Positions 51,973-64,000 of a DNA stretch of 64,000 bases are shown in pieces. The notes under the pieces were generated by a model. The model worked only from the letters and a program-made list of their open reading frames with translations. It made no database searches and had not been told where the DNA came from. Source of the stretch: Flaccisagitta enflata. Lineage: Eukaryota. Both the position numbers and the translations under genes were made by a program. The stretch spans positions 19,096,001 through 19,160,000 of the forward strand of contig OZ231126.1 of assembly GCA_965153355.1 (NCBI GenBank), written 5' to 3'. Numbering within the stretch: the first letter of the stretch is position 1; the number at the start of each line of letters is the position of its first letter.

Positions 51973-53058
51973 GGTGGAAAGGAAGAAAGGTGGAAAGGAA
52001 GAAAGAATTGGAAAGGAAGAAAGGTGGAAAGAAGAAAAGGTGGAAAGGAAGAAAGGTGGAAAGGAAGAAAGGTGGAAAGGAAGAAAGTTGGAAAGGAAGA
52101 AAGGTGGGAAAAAGGAAAGAAAGGTGGAAAGGAAGAAAGGTGGAAAGGAAGAAAGGTGGAAAGGAAGAAAGGTGGAAAGGAAGAAAGGTGGAAAGGAAGA
52201 AAGGTGGAAAGGAAGAAAGGTGGAAAGGAAGAAAGGTGGAAAGGAAGAAAGGTGGAAAGGAAGAAAGTTGGAAAGGAAGAAAGTTGGAAAGGAAGAAAGG
52301 TGGAAAGGAAGAAAGGGGGAAAGGAAGAAAGGTGGAAAGGAAGAAAGGTGGAAAGGAAGAAAGGTGGAAAGGAAGAAAGGTGGGGAAGGAAGAAGGTGAA
52401 GAAAGGGTGGAAAGGAAGAAAAGGTGAAGGAAGAAAGGTGGAAAGGAAGAAAGGTGGAAAGGAAGAAAGGTGGAAAGGAAGAAAGGTGGAAAGGAAGAAA
52501 GGTGGAAAGGAAGAAAGGTGGAAAGGAAGAAAGGTGGAAAGGAAGAAAGGTGGAAAGGAAGAAAGGTGGAAAGGAAGAAAGGTGGAAAGGAAGAAAGGTG
52601 GAAAGGAAGAAAGGTGGAAAGGAAGAAAGGTGAAGAAAGGTGGAAAGGAAGAAAGGTGGAGAGGAAGAAAGGTGGAAAGGAAGAAAGGTGGAAAGGAAGA
52701 AAGGTGGAAAGGAAGAAAGGTGGAAAGGAAGAAAGGTGGAAAGGAAGAAAGGTGGAAAGGAAGAAAGGTGGAAAGGAAGAAAGGTGGAAAGGAAGAAAGG
52801 TGGAAAGGAAGAAAGGTGGAAAGGAAGAAAGGTGGAAAGGAAGAAAGGTGGAAAGGAAGAAAGGTGGAAAGGAAGAAAGGTGGAAAGGAAGAAAGGTGGA
52901 AAGGAAGAAAGGTGGAAAGGAAGAAAGGTGGAAAGGAAGAAAGGTGGAAAGGAAGAAAGGTGGAAAGGAAGAAAGGTGGAAAGGAAGAAAGGTGGAAAGG
53001 AAGAAAGGTGGAAAGGAAGAAAGGTGGAAAGGAAGAAAGGTGGAAAGGAAGAAAGGTG
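51973..53058. repeat. 16-bp minisatellite (GGTGGAAAGGAAGAAA)n
   Basis: Homogeneous polypurine array. Explains all ORFs at 51926-53206. Confidence 0.97.
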
Positions 53059-54382
53059 GGGGATGGGAGAGAGGGAGGATAGAAGGAATATGTTTGTATG
53101 TAGTTGTGTGTACTGTAATTGTAAACCGGAGCACGCAACTGTTTGCCGGTTGGGCTTTTCTTCGTCATATCAGGAAAATCGGCCCTTAATGGGAGTACTT
53201 TCTTAAAGAGTCTTAAACTGAAGTTGAGTTCATTCCACGTTTTATTGGTTGAGCGTTTGCTTGGTTTTGCGATTTAGAATGACGAGTCGAAGTACAAGGC
53301 CAACACCTATAGGTCGCGTGCTTGACGTAAGTAACTGAATGGACTGAACTCTTTAAATAGTCATTCAATGAATGACATAAGTCGATTAAGACTATCTGAA
53401 GGACTAGGAATGATTCATTTTGTTTAAAGATGATTTCAAAAGACTTACGACTTACAATGGCTTACGACGACTTACAATGATTAGAAATTACTTGAAATGG
53501 CTTAATACGCAAATTGATTCAGACCGACCGACGAACCGAGGTACAGAGCGGGTCAGAGCGGGTCAGAGCGACTTAGAATAAAACAATTTAGGTTCTTATG
53601 TAAAATTGTTATGAATTGCTTCAGTATGACCCATTGGAAGACCTTCCGCTTTGAAACTAAATGTATCGATTTTTCGGTTCCAGGTCATCGTGCTGCTCGT
53701 AATAACCGCGGTGGACCAGACGGCAACGACGAAGAGATTCTCATCAACTGGGAAATTTTGGAGGGTTAACACTTTTTACGTGAAGGCAATTTGTCAAGTC
53801 GGTTCCGAGTCTAGTCAATCGTAACCCATATGTAGTGCGTCGCTCCGATTCCTGCCTGTTAAACTTTTTCTTTCCGGTTCCCTTTTTTGAAGGAACACGA
53901 ATTCGATCGTTTAGCACGTTTCCTAATATATGTATATTTTTTGGCTTTCTGTCCTCTGTCGATACAAGTTTATCCCATTGCTCTACTGTAAAACCATCAT
54001 CCAACAATCCGTGAAGTGATTTTTTTGTGTTACCATAACGCCTTTCTATTTGACTATTTCATAATGGATTTTCTGTTATCAATTATTTTGAGTTCAGGGG
54101 AACATGATCAATTGGTAGTTAGCGTTGCTCATTGCACTTTAAGGAGTCAATTATGTTTCATTAGTATTCCGCGCAGCTATTTAGGTTATACGGAGCAGAT
54201 TGGGCCTTCATATAGTCCATGATAAACTTCTCATTCCGCGAATCTAAATCTATGAATATGTAGATCTTGCTCACTGTCAATGTGGTTGCATAGGTAATTG
54301 GTAGTTACGCATGTTGTTTTGTTCCTCTGTCGAAGAACGATTCTCTTTTGCAGTAGATAGCCCTTCGCACAAGCTGGCAAAG

Positions 54383-56574
54383 ATGACGAAGGAAGCAGAA
54401 CCCTCCAAACCCCGCGGCATATCCTTTAAAGAATTGATTCAAAGGGCCATGAAAGAGCTTCCCGCCGATAGAAAGGGAATCACGAGGCAATCAATCGCGA
54501 AGTTCGTTTCAGTACAGGTAAGGTGACAAGGAATTCTTATGATCTTATGACTCAATTACGTCGAATATCATGGCTGTCTTTTTAAAGATTCGAGGTGTTG
54601 GTCTGCTACAACTAGGGATGTGGAAGCGGTCGATTTTTATGCCGCTTCCACCGCTTCCGCTTCCGCTTCCATTTTGTAGTTCAAATACTAGTAGCTATCC
54701 CATCCTCCAAATTGGAAGCGGTCAATCGCTTCCACATCCCTAGCTACAACGGAGGTGTGTGTATAGGTTGAGTAGTCAAATTTTTGGTATGTACCTATCG
54801 TATCGACCGGCTGCTTGTCGGAATGATTAACCCACTAACACTATTAAAGTAAAGAGCTACCTTTGTTAGCGTCCGTATGAATTGCTCTTTTGTTTGAATC
54901 CTGCATGATCATGAAGCTTTATGTTAAGTTCAAGTTGACCGTGCGAAATTGAATGACGGAATTGAATGACGAGGGGAAAAACTTACCGACAGAAAAAAGA
55001 ACGTTGGATGGAAAAAGGGGAAAAAGTGTAGTGATCGGTCAGGTTGGCAGCTCTAGGCTGATTGTGAGAATAGAGGAAACAAGGCCAAGTAGGCCAATAA
55101 GGTGCGACGTGTGGATCGTCGAACGAATGCGTTACCCGACCGACCGACCAACAGATCGACCAACCGACGGACACAGCCAGTTATATAGGCGCTTTGTCGC
55201 ACCTAAAAAGAAGATCTTGCATTTTCATTCTAGATTTGATCGTGTGCAGGTTAAGACTACATTTTGCATGACCTCGATGTGCCACATACATCATTACAGA
55301 GGCAATGAAAATACAATGAGAGGAGCAGCCAAAATCTCTAGCAACCCCCCCTGCAGCTGAAACGATTAATTTCAAGTTAACTTTTAAGGTAGCAGCTGAT
55401 AACTTGTCCCAGTAGAATTCCCGCCATCGGGGCGATTTTTTCATTTCAACTTAGTTTTCAAGAAACAGCTTTTTAAAGGGTCAAAATCAACCATTTTTGC
55501 AAGTGTTGAATTTTGCCCTATTATGGCTATTATCTCAGATATTATGAAGAAATTGAAAAATCGCCTTGATGGCGGGAATTGAATTGAAATATACTAGCAT
55601 CTACCATTTCACTCACCCCTATTTTATTCACAGTAAAAACTGCAGGGGGGGGGTTGCTAGAGATTTTACGGCTCCTCGCATTGTATTTTCATTGCAACTG
55701 TTCATGTAATATCCACAATTCCACATTAAAAGGATGACCGAAACGATGAACTGGCGCCGGCGCGCGAAAGGAGTCTCACCAACGCCGCCCTCAAGAAGCT
55801 CGTCTTTACCCAGGAGCTGATCGAAGTCTCCTCAGGACGGTAAGATCAGAGATATATTTGACCGCAGGAGGGCTGGGGGGGGGGGGGGGAAGGGAGACAC
55901 ACGAAGGCAAAAATCTTACTCATATCCGTCTGTGACTATATTGTAGACCCATTTTCTACCGGTAAAATGGAGGTAGGATACATTTGGGCAGCTCATTTGA
56001 TTCCTCTTTTCATGCTCAATCGATTGATACCCATAATGACCGTGAAATCTGAATTCTTGGCTCCCGCCTCGCGCTCCAAAGTGCCACGTGCGTCAATTGG
56101 CGCCAGATCTCGAAAAAACGCGATTTTCCTCAATCAAAGAAGCGAGTTGCACATTTACTTCACATGAAATTTGTGTCATGCAGCAGAAAAAAATGATTTT
56201 GGAGGAAGAAAATGTCTGCCCGCATATTCATGAGCAGATTTGGGTGAAAAAATGTGCTTTTTTCGAACCGGAAGTGGGTAAACGTGTTATTTGTGATGTA
56301 AAATTCGCCTATCGCAAAAATCTGTGACATGATCACCGTAAGATTCCTATTTCAGTTTGTCCAATGGTCTTCCAAAGTATTGCCGTTTCTTAGTTGCAAT
56401 TCTGCGCAATCAGGTCTTATTTCCTCTATTCTTTCTGCAGGATCATTTCAGCAGGAGCAGTGCGGCAAAGACCTCAAAAATATGGTAAAACTAACGGCCG
56501 GACAAAGCCGGTTGTAGTCGTATGCACGCGACTATAAAGAAACATTGTCGACATTGAGAAAGCTCTATCATTTG

Positions 56575-56658
<84 letters not shown>

Positions 56659-57872
56659 CAACAAAGCTTATGAAGAAACAAGATGAGGTAAAATTCGTTT
56701 GAGGTTTTTGGCGCAGTAAGTTTCAGGCGTTTCAGGCATTAAGGAGGAGGTTCAAGGCCGTATGCATGGCAGCATTTATCGCAGACGGGTGGACATTAGC
56801 GGATAACCTTGAAAAAACAATTGATAGATGGACGGATGGATGGATGGACAAACTGAAAAGTGGCAGTCGCGCGTGCGACCGCGTGTCCGCGACTAAAAAG
56901 CCGAGAAGGTCAGGGTTCGTCAGTAACAGCAATACGAGAGAGAAGCAGGCGTGCATGCTGTTCTGTATTTCCCTCCCCCCCCCCCGGCAGAGAGGGAATA
57001 AGATCAGAGGATTTGAAAATAGGGAAGGTAATCAACGGAAGAAAGAAAATACGAAATAAAATTTTTTTTTATACTTTTGGCAGTAAAGATGACATTTGAT
57101 TGCAATCACACAAAGTTATATATGAATAAACCAAAAAAAAAAAAATAACTACATTATTACTACATGAGTGCATGGGGGATTTTTAGTCGCGGACACCTTG
57201 TTGTGCCAATTGGTACATCGGTACGTGCTAAATATTTTTGAATTTTGAGCGGGGTCATCTGACCAAAGGAAGGGGAATTTTTCAACGTGGTGTTTGAGCA
57301 AGAAACCTGTTTTGAGTTCTTTACTACTTCCATTGATCGGGCCGGCATTTCTTCTTTCAACATCGGAATTTCGTATTTAGGCGTTGATTTCATTCCTTCA
57401 CTCCCATCAATAGGGGGAGGTGGGTCACACACTTTATCATGCCCTTGTATTGTTTTCAGCAAAATTTCTGCTTCATCCAAAACTAGATACGCTATAGCTT
57501 CCTTATCAGAATTGCCAACATTTTCCTCATATTCTTCAAAAAAAGTGGTAGACCCAATTTCCAAATTCCCAATTCCCAATTAACCCCAATTCCTATTTCC
57601 CCCTTGATTCTTTGTAATAATCAATTCTTTCCCTGATTGTACTTTGTGGCTGTTTTATCGAGCCCCTTAAACATTTCTTTGATTCCTGTGTTAGCCACCC
57701 TATCAATTTTGAGTCTTCCACTGTGAACAGGCGACCCTGACTCTCATAGCGACATCATCATTATCATCATCGTTTTCATGATGTTTCATCCACACTGATT
57801 TTCTTTTAAGAACATTTCCGCGCATTTTGGTGCCAAAAAGCGTCATCAAATTCATCATCAATACGCTCATGT

Positions 57873-57944
<72 letters not shown>

Positions 57945-60900
57945 CTGGCGTATCCTAAAAGCCGTCAACGGCAATCTCACTGCTGTCAAAAAGACGCGAT
58001 ATGGCCAAAGTGAAAAAAATGGAAATAAGCGAAAAACAGGGATCACGGCTGACCACTTCTTTTAGCCAAACAGATTACAATTTATCGTCAATTTCATGAG
58101 TACTACCTTTCTTTGCCAGGTTTACAGAAAAATCTAGCGCAGTAACAAAATTGACGCCAAGTGCGTCACTTCCCGTCACTTCTAATTTAGTGAACAATGC
58201 AAGATACATGTTCCTGTTTGAGATTTGTATATCTAAAGACACCACAGACATGAGACCTGTAAAAAAGGGACCAAAATGTAATTTTTCTGTGCAAATATTG
58301 CACAAAAACTGGAAGTAACAATGAAATTTTGCTAAACTTGAAGCATTTTGAGGCACGTGGCAGTAATCATTTGATGAAGTTGTGTCCGGTGGTTTCCATG
58401 GCATTCTACTCCTTGATTTCTTTTGTAAACAAAGTTCCCTCATGAGTTATTAAGAAAACTATGAATAGAAAAGTCTGCTGAAAAAAAGGAAGAAAAAGGG
58501 CGCGAAAAAAGCTTACCGTAAGAACCGTCAAAAATGATTTTCCATCTATTCTTCCGTCTGAAAATTTAAAAAACGCTTGACCGAAACATTTCTGGAAGTT
58601 TAGGGTAATACCCCAAAACTAAGCTCTTGCAGTGAAGTGATTTCCTGCTCATGGACACCAGGTCCAAGCCAAAAATTTTGATATCATAGTCCTTATGGGT
58701 ATCAATTGATTTAGCTTGGAAAGACGAATCGATTGAGCTTCACAATGATAGCCTAGCTCTATTTTCAGTCGCGTGCACGCGACTCTACACCCCACTTTGT
58801 CGGTCCATCTGTCTGTTAGTGGGTTGGTCAGTCTGTCAGTCTGTCACACTTACTTTTTTTATCAATCTTATTCCTTTAAGTCATTTAAGAGTGAGTCATT
58901 CTAAGTCATTCTAAGTCATTCTAAGTCAATCTGCAAGTCTCGCACGCGACTTATAGGTGTTGGCCTTGTTTCCGGTAGAATATGCCACTTCCGGTTTAGT
59001 TAGTGACGTCAAAGAAAGGTTCCCAGGTCCCCGATTGATGCTTTCAATCCTAGAAAGATGGTTTGGGTACTTGAAATAACAGAAATTAGTCAGAATAACA
59101 TTTTTTGTGCGATAGAGAGCTCGGTAAACAACAACAAGATCAACGTCAACAATGAACTTTTGCCATTTAACGCTAATTGACGCACGTGGCACTTTGGAGC
59201 GCGAGGCGGGAGCCAAGAATTCAGATTTTATGGTCATTATGGGTATCAATCGATTGAGCATGAAAAGAGAAATCAAATGAGCTGCCCAAATATAACCTAT
59301 CTCCATTTTACCGGTAGAAAATGGGTCTACTATATTGCATTGCAACCCCGCGTTAGTTGTTAAGTCTGAAAGCACATGTTTGCTAACCTATCAAGCTTGG
59401 TAAATGATGGCTGTTGCCGCTCTGTGCTCCCTTTCAGACGGTGATACTGCTTCGGAGTCCTGACCATCTTCTTTTTCATTTTAACATGAAACAGTTACAA
59501 GATCAATAAGGAACTCGAAGCCGCCAAAGCCAAGAAAGCGAAGCAAAAGAAGAAAATGCTGTTGACGACCGAGGAGAAAAAGGAATTGGCGGCCAAAAAG
59601 ACCGCGGCCAAGAAAACGGAAAAGGAAGGAAAAGCGAAAGAGAAGAAGGCGGCCGCTGCAGCTGGAGGTAAGAAAGCCGTTAAGGCGTCGGACGAGCAGG
59701 AAAAGGGAAAGAAGGGCGCCGCCAAAAAGAAGGAAACTGCGGCCGAGAAAAAGTCCGCGGCGGCTAAGGATAAGAAAGCTTCGACAGCGGGCGCCAAGAA
59801 GAAAGCCGCAACACGTGGCGCTAAAGTGGCCGTGGCTCCGCCTAAGCCGCGTAAAGTGGCCGCGGCCAGTTCCGCCTCGTCCGCCGATGGCGAATCGGAA
59901 TCGGAAGTGGAAGATCTGCCTCTGAGCGCCGTAGTGAATAAGCCGGCGTCCACCCGAGGACGCGGTGCGGCGAGGGGAGCTAGAGGGACGAAGAGAGGCG
60001 CTTCCAACGCTTCGTCGACGGCGTCGAAACGTGGTGGTGACTCCGCTGATGAAGATATGGTGCCGGAGAAGAAGGGTAGAGTAGGGAAACCAGCAGGTGA
60101 GATGGGGAAGAAAAGGGCAGAGGTTGGTAGTAATCATGTGTATATGCGGACTCTTGAAAGCCTTTTTGCGGCAATATTTATTGAATGGTATTCCTTAGTT
60201 TATTCCTTGATTTGATCAGGGAAAGGCGCAGCTGCGAAACGGGGCCGAGGAGCGAAAACTAACGTTTCTAGCGACCCGCGCCAGGCCGCTCAATCGACCG
60301 GTATGGCTTGTGTTAGGGGGGGGTGGGGCAAATCGGGCCAGGGGCAAATCGGGCCACTTCTGTATAATTATGTCACTTCTGAAATGAATATTGGGATAAA
60401 AGTAGTGATGATCCTGCTATGAGTTGCACCAGTCAATGGGGTTGTTGGGGTGATGTTTCTTCAGAACTGCTGCAGCAACAGCAGCATCAGCACAACTTCA
60501 TTCCTAACCTTTACTGATACGATAACTGATAGATTGTGATAAACTTTATCACAACTTCAACAATTGTCATTTTGCGTAACTTTTTGGTATTGGATATGGG
60601 GATTGGGTCCAATATCTTTGATACCAATTTGCTAGTCTTGCTGTATGACAAGATGATCAAAACGTGGGGCAAATCGGGCCACCAGGAAAGTCCTTTACAG
60701 GTCAGAGCGTAATTGAACGCGAGGCCCCCTTGAAAACTGTAGCAGACCCCCTACAGCCCAGTATGTTGAAGCTAGGGGTATGATTGAGGTATCATTTGAA
60801 AGCTTATGAGAATACAAATGGCGCCATCAGAGCGTTTTTTCAGTTTTGAGCCCTGACTAAAATTACAGCACTTTAAAGGTGTAAAAATTGATTTTTTTGG

Positions 60901-62174
60901 GGTTGTTTTAAAAAAGTTAAATTTGTTACTTTGAAGAGCTATAACTTGAGCTAGAAAACAAAATTAAAAAAACCCTCTGATGGCGCCATTTGTATTCTCA
61001 TAAGCTTCCAAATGATACCTCAATCATACCCCTAGCTTCAACCTACTGGGCTGTTGGGGGTCTGCTACAGTTATCTTTCCTGAAAGTGGGGGCCTCTCGT
61101 TCAAATACGCTCTGTTCTGTAATTTCTTTGTTAGCAGATTTTTCATGGCTGTAAAAGGCAACATTTTCGGGCTCAGGAGTAGTTCTCTTTTTTCAGTATG
61201 TAAAATCGAACAAATTTGGCAATTAAGTAATTTAATCAAACCCCAACTCAGCTCCTGGCATCCTGGCAAAAAATTTTGGGCAATTTTGTGCGCCCCTAGA
61301 GGAATATGCAAATAAAGCTTAAAGTGGCCCGATTTGCCCCACCTGGGGTAAATTGGGCCACAACAGGTTTTTTCAAAAATATGGGCCCCTATGGGGCTCA
61401 CTCTGGAATTCATTATGTCAGCCCTAAACCTATGGATAAATGCTACCTTAACATGGAAATCATTTGCTTTGGAGGATAAATTTGAAAAATTCCCATTACA
61501 AAAACCGTAAAAATGGCCCGATTTGCCCCCCCCCCCTACTGTCTTCAATTTGTTGGGTGTCTTTGATGCCGAATAACGAAATGTTCAGATAATTCAAGTT
61601 TTGTCGTGACATTTGTTTCTGCAGACGAAGAAGAGGAAGAACCGGCGAGCAACGCCAAGGCCCAAAAGACTAAGGCTACACGAGGGAAGGCGGCCAAACC
61701 GGCTCAAGCCAAGAAAAAAACTGTCGTTGAAAAGGAACCACAAGGTCAGTATTTGGTCGTTGTTACCTTGTCTTGTCCTTTTCTTTTTCTTGGCCATGGC
61801 CGATTACATGTATGTCAATGATTATAATTGTAAGTCTGAGTCTCTGAGACTGCTTTTCATTTTCAGAAACCAACAGCGAAGAGGATGAGGAGGAAGAAAA
61901 GGATGAGGATGATGATGAAGAAAAGGGAAAAGAAGACGAATTGTCAGAAGAGTTGTCTGAGGAGGAAGTTGAGGAGAAGAACGTGAACGGGGGAGCCAAA
62001 GGAGACGGTGAAGATGACGAAGAAGAATCTGTCGATGAAGAGGACGGCGATGGTGAAGGCAAAGACGACGACAGAGGATCAGCGTCTGAACCGGAAATAC
62101 CCCTCAAGGCGGCGCCGGCCAAGTCCAAGGCTGCCGCGGTTAAACCAAACTTTGACGATTTGAGCAGTTCCGAG
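54383..62174 (+). CDS. Intron-containing linker histone H1-like protein (>=451 aa); exons 54383-54517, 55733-55839, 59495-60096, 60220-60300, 61625-61744, 61867-62174; last exon unresolved
   Basis: GT-AG introns with consistent phases (0,2,1,1,1,0). H15-like globular domain SFKELIQRAMKELPADRKGITRQSIAKFV...LTNAALKKLV...ELIEVSSGRYKI, then a K/A-rich tail and a D/E-rich block. A possible in-frame upstream exon lies at 53684-53764. AATAAA at ~62552. Confidence 0.8.
54613..54742. mobile_element. 130-bp hAT-like MITE
   Basis: TAGGGATGTGGAAGCG / CGCTTCCACATCCCTA with 8-bp TSD GCTACAAC. Confidence 0.9.
55944..59329. mobile_element. 3.4-kb non-autonomous TIR transposon in an H1-like gene intron
   Basis: ~155-bp TIR starting TAGACCCATTTTCTACCGGTAAAATGGAG. 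8-bp TSD CTATATTG (55936-55943 and 59330-59337). Confidence 0.92.
60314..61539. mobile_element. MITE with a nested foldback (~60710-61095)
   Basis: TAGGGGGG..GGGGCAAATCGGGCCA versus TGGCCCGATTTGCCCCCCC..TA. The inner inverted arms are near identical. Confidence 0.75.
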
Positions 62175-62694
62175 GTAACTTATTGTGAATGGCTTTTATT
62201 GTCCAACTGTACAAGTATATCGATGCGTGTTAGACACGGATGATCGATAATCGATATTGGATAAAGATTTACTGATAACTAAGACCAATTTCGGTTTAAA
62301 TTGGCCTCTTGGAATTATGTGAATTAAATGATCGATCGATGAAAGAATTAGTTGTCCCAGACGTACATGCATGACCTTGCTTCTAGTTGGCTGTAAATTG
62401 GCAATTATTCCCGACTCAAACGGTCAGTGTTAGGCGGCGCGGTGACACGCTTTTCCATTTGCGTCCTACGGATGAAACAAAACTTGTTAGTGAGGGCGGC
62501 GTGTCCTCGTATGATAGCGCGGCTTGTCTGTCTTCGTTAGTTCCTCCGATCAATAAAAGATGGCCAAGACGGTGCGCTTGGGTGCTTCACATAGCAAAAG
62601 TTGCTTATTTCTTTTCATCCTCTTTACCTAATGTGGAGTGGCAAATTTTAGGAGCCTTACCATTTTTCTTTTATCAAAAATCATTCATCTTCCG

Positions 62695-63900
62695 TTTTTG
62701 TCCGCGACGGAATACCATTCCGACGCGGACTATAATTCGAGGCGGGTGGGTGTCGTTGTCGTTGTCGTTGTCGTCGTCGTCCACACTTTTAAAAATGGGC
62801 TAACTTTTGAACGCCTTGACCGATTTGCTTCATATTTGGAGGAAAGTTGTATTAGGGTAAGCCGCTTTGCAGCCTATGCGTATGTTATGATCCGACCCAC
62901 CCAACCGGCCCAACCAGCCTACCAGCCTAAAAGTGAAAAACGTGCATAACTTCGGCGTTTTTCTACCGATTTGGTTAAAATTTGGTATGTAGTCCCTAAA
63001 TGGAAGAACTCAACACATGTATTTGAATCGTAAAGATTTTAGCATGCTAACCGGCCAAACCGGCCTACCACCCAACCAGCCCACCAGCCTAAAAGTGAAA
63101 AACCTGCATAACTTTGGCATTTTTCAACCGATTTGGTTAAAACTTGGTAGGTAGTCTCTAAATGGAAGGACTCAACATATGTATTTGATTTGTAAAGATT
63201 TTAGCATGCTAACCGGCCTACCACCCAACCTGCCTACCAGCCTAAAAGTGAAAAACGTGCATAACTCTGGCATTTTTCAACTGATTTGGTTAAAACTTGG
63301 TATGTAGTCTCTAAATGGAAGGACACAACATATGTATTTGAATTGTAAAGATTTTAGCATGCTAACCGGCCAAACCGGCCTACCAGCCAACCAGCTGAAA
63401 AGTGGAAAACGTGCATAACTATGGCATTTCTCTACCGATTTGGTTAAGATTTGGTTTGTAGTCCCTAAATGGAAGCACTCAACATATGTATTTGAATTGT
63501 AAAGATTTTAGCATGCTAACCGGCCAAAACGGCCTACTAGCCTACCAGCCTAAAGTGAAAAACGTGCATAACTTTGGCATTTTTCAACCGATTTGGTTAA
63601 AAATTGGTATGTTGTCTCTAAATGGAAGGACTCAACATATGTATTTGATTTGTAAAGATTATAGCATGCTAACTGGCCAAACTGGCCAAACCGCCGTTTG
63701 ACAATGCCATTTGACAGCACCGTTTGACAGCGCCGTTTGACAGCGCCGTTTGACAACGCCGTTTGACAACGCCGTTTGACAGCGCCGTTTGACAACGCCG
63801 TTTGACAACGCCGTTTGACAACGCCGTTTGACAACGCCGTTTAACAACGCCGTTTGACAACGCCGTTTAACAACGCCGTTTGACTCCAGTCGCGGACCCT
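62695..63900 (+). mobile_element. Helentron/DINE-1-like element with central tandem arrays
   Basis: 5' TTTTT-GTCCGCGAC, a partial inverted copy GACGCGGAC, (GTC/GTT)n, about five ~165-bp tandem units (62890-63690), 14-bp units TTTGACAACGCCGT (63695-63882), and a 3' subterminal inverse GTCGCGGAC. Confidence 0.75.
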
Positions 63901-64000
63901 TACTCTTTTAAGATTTTTTAGAAAATTGTTTTTGAGAGCTTAATTTGTATATTGCAGTGGGATAAAAAAGTATGCTGATCTTCTTTGAATTAGCTTTTAA

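Noticed and set aside
51926-53206. ORFs of 140-400 aa on both strands
   Set aside because: Translations of a stop-free 16-bp purine satellite.
57160-57760. 139-aa minus-strand ORF inside the intronic transposon
   Set aside because: Non-ATG start, stops upstream and no recognisable motif; at most a decayed relic.

Overview
AT-rich, repeat-dense eukaryotic genomic DNA, most likely an invertebrate and probably a protostome. Most of the ORF track is translated microsatellite or antisense noise. Five things are well supported. (1) A 3-exon nucleoplasmin-like gene on the minus strand (31921->30352). (2) Immediately downstream on the same strand, before the first AATAAA, a 1.3-kb cluster of about 11 pre-miRNA-like hairpins in two families: seed AUCACAG (K-box/miR-2 type, 3p arm) and seed AUGGCAC (miR-263/183 type, 5p arm), arranged as repeated triplets. 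This is the top finding. (3) A 6-kb TA-flanked pogo-type transposon with a spliced zinc-finger DD35D transposase plus two extra co-oriented ORFs (HIRAN-like and a small Zn-finger protein). (4) An intact ~1210-aa CxxH-type DDE transposase, and a 5.3-kb element with long TIRs, a 5-bp TSD and a decayed transposase. (5) An intron-containing linker-histone H1-like gene with an acidic C-terminal region. The rest is MITEs, Helentron/DINE-1-like non-autonomous elements and satellites. Protein family calls come from motif recognition by eye; no database search or RNA folding was run.
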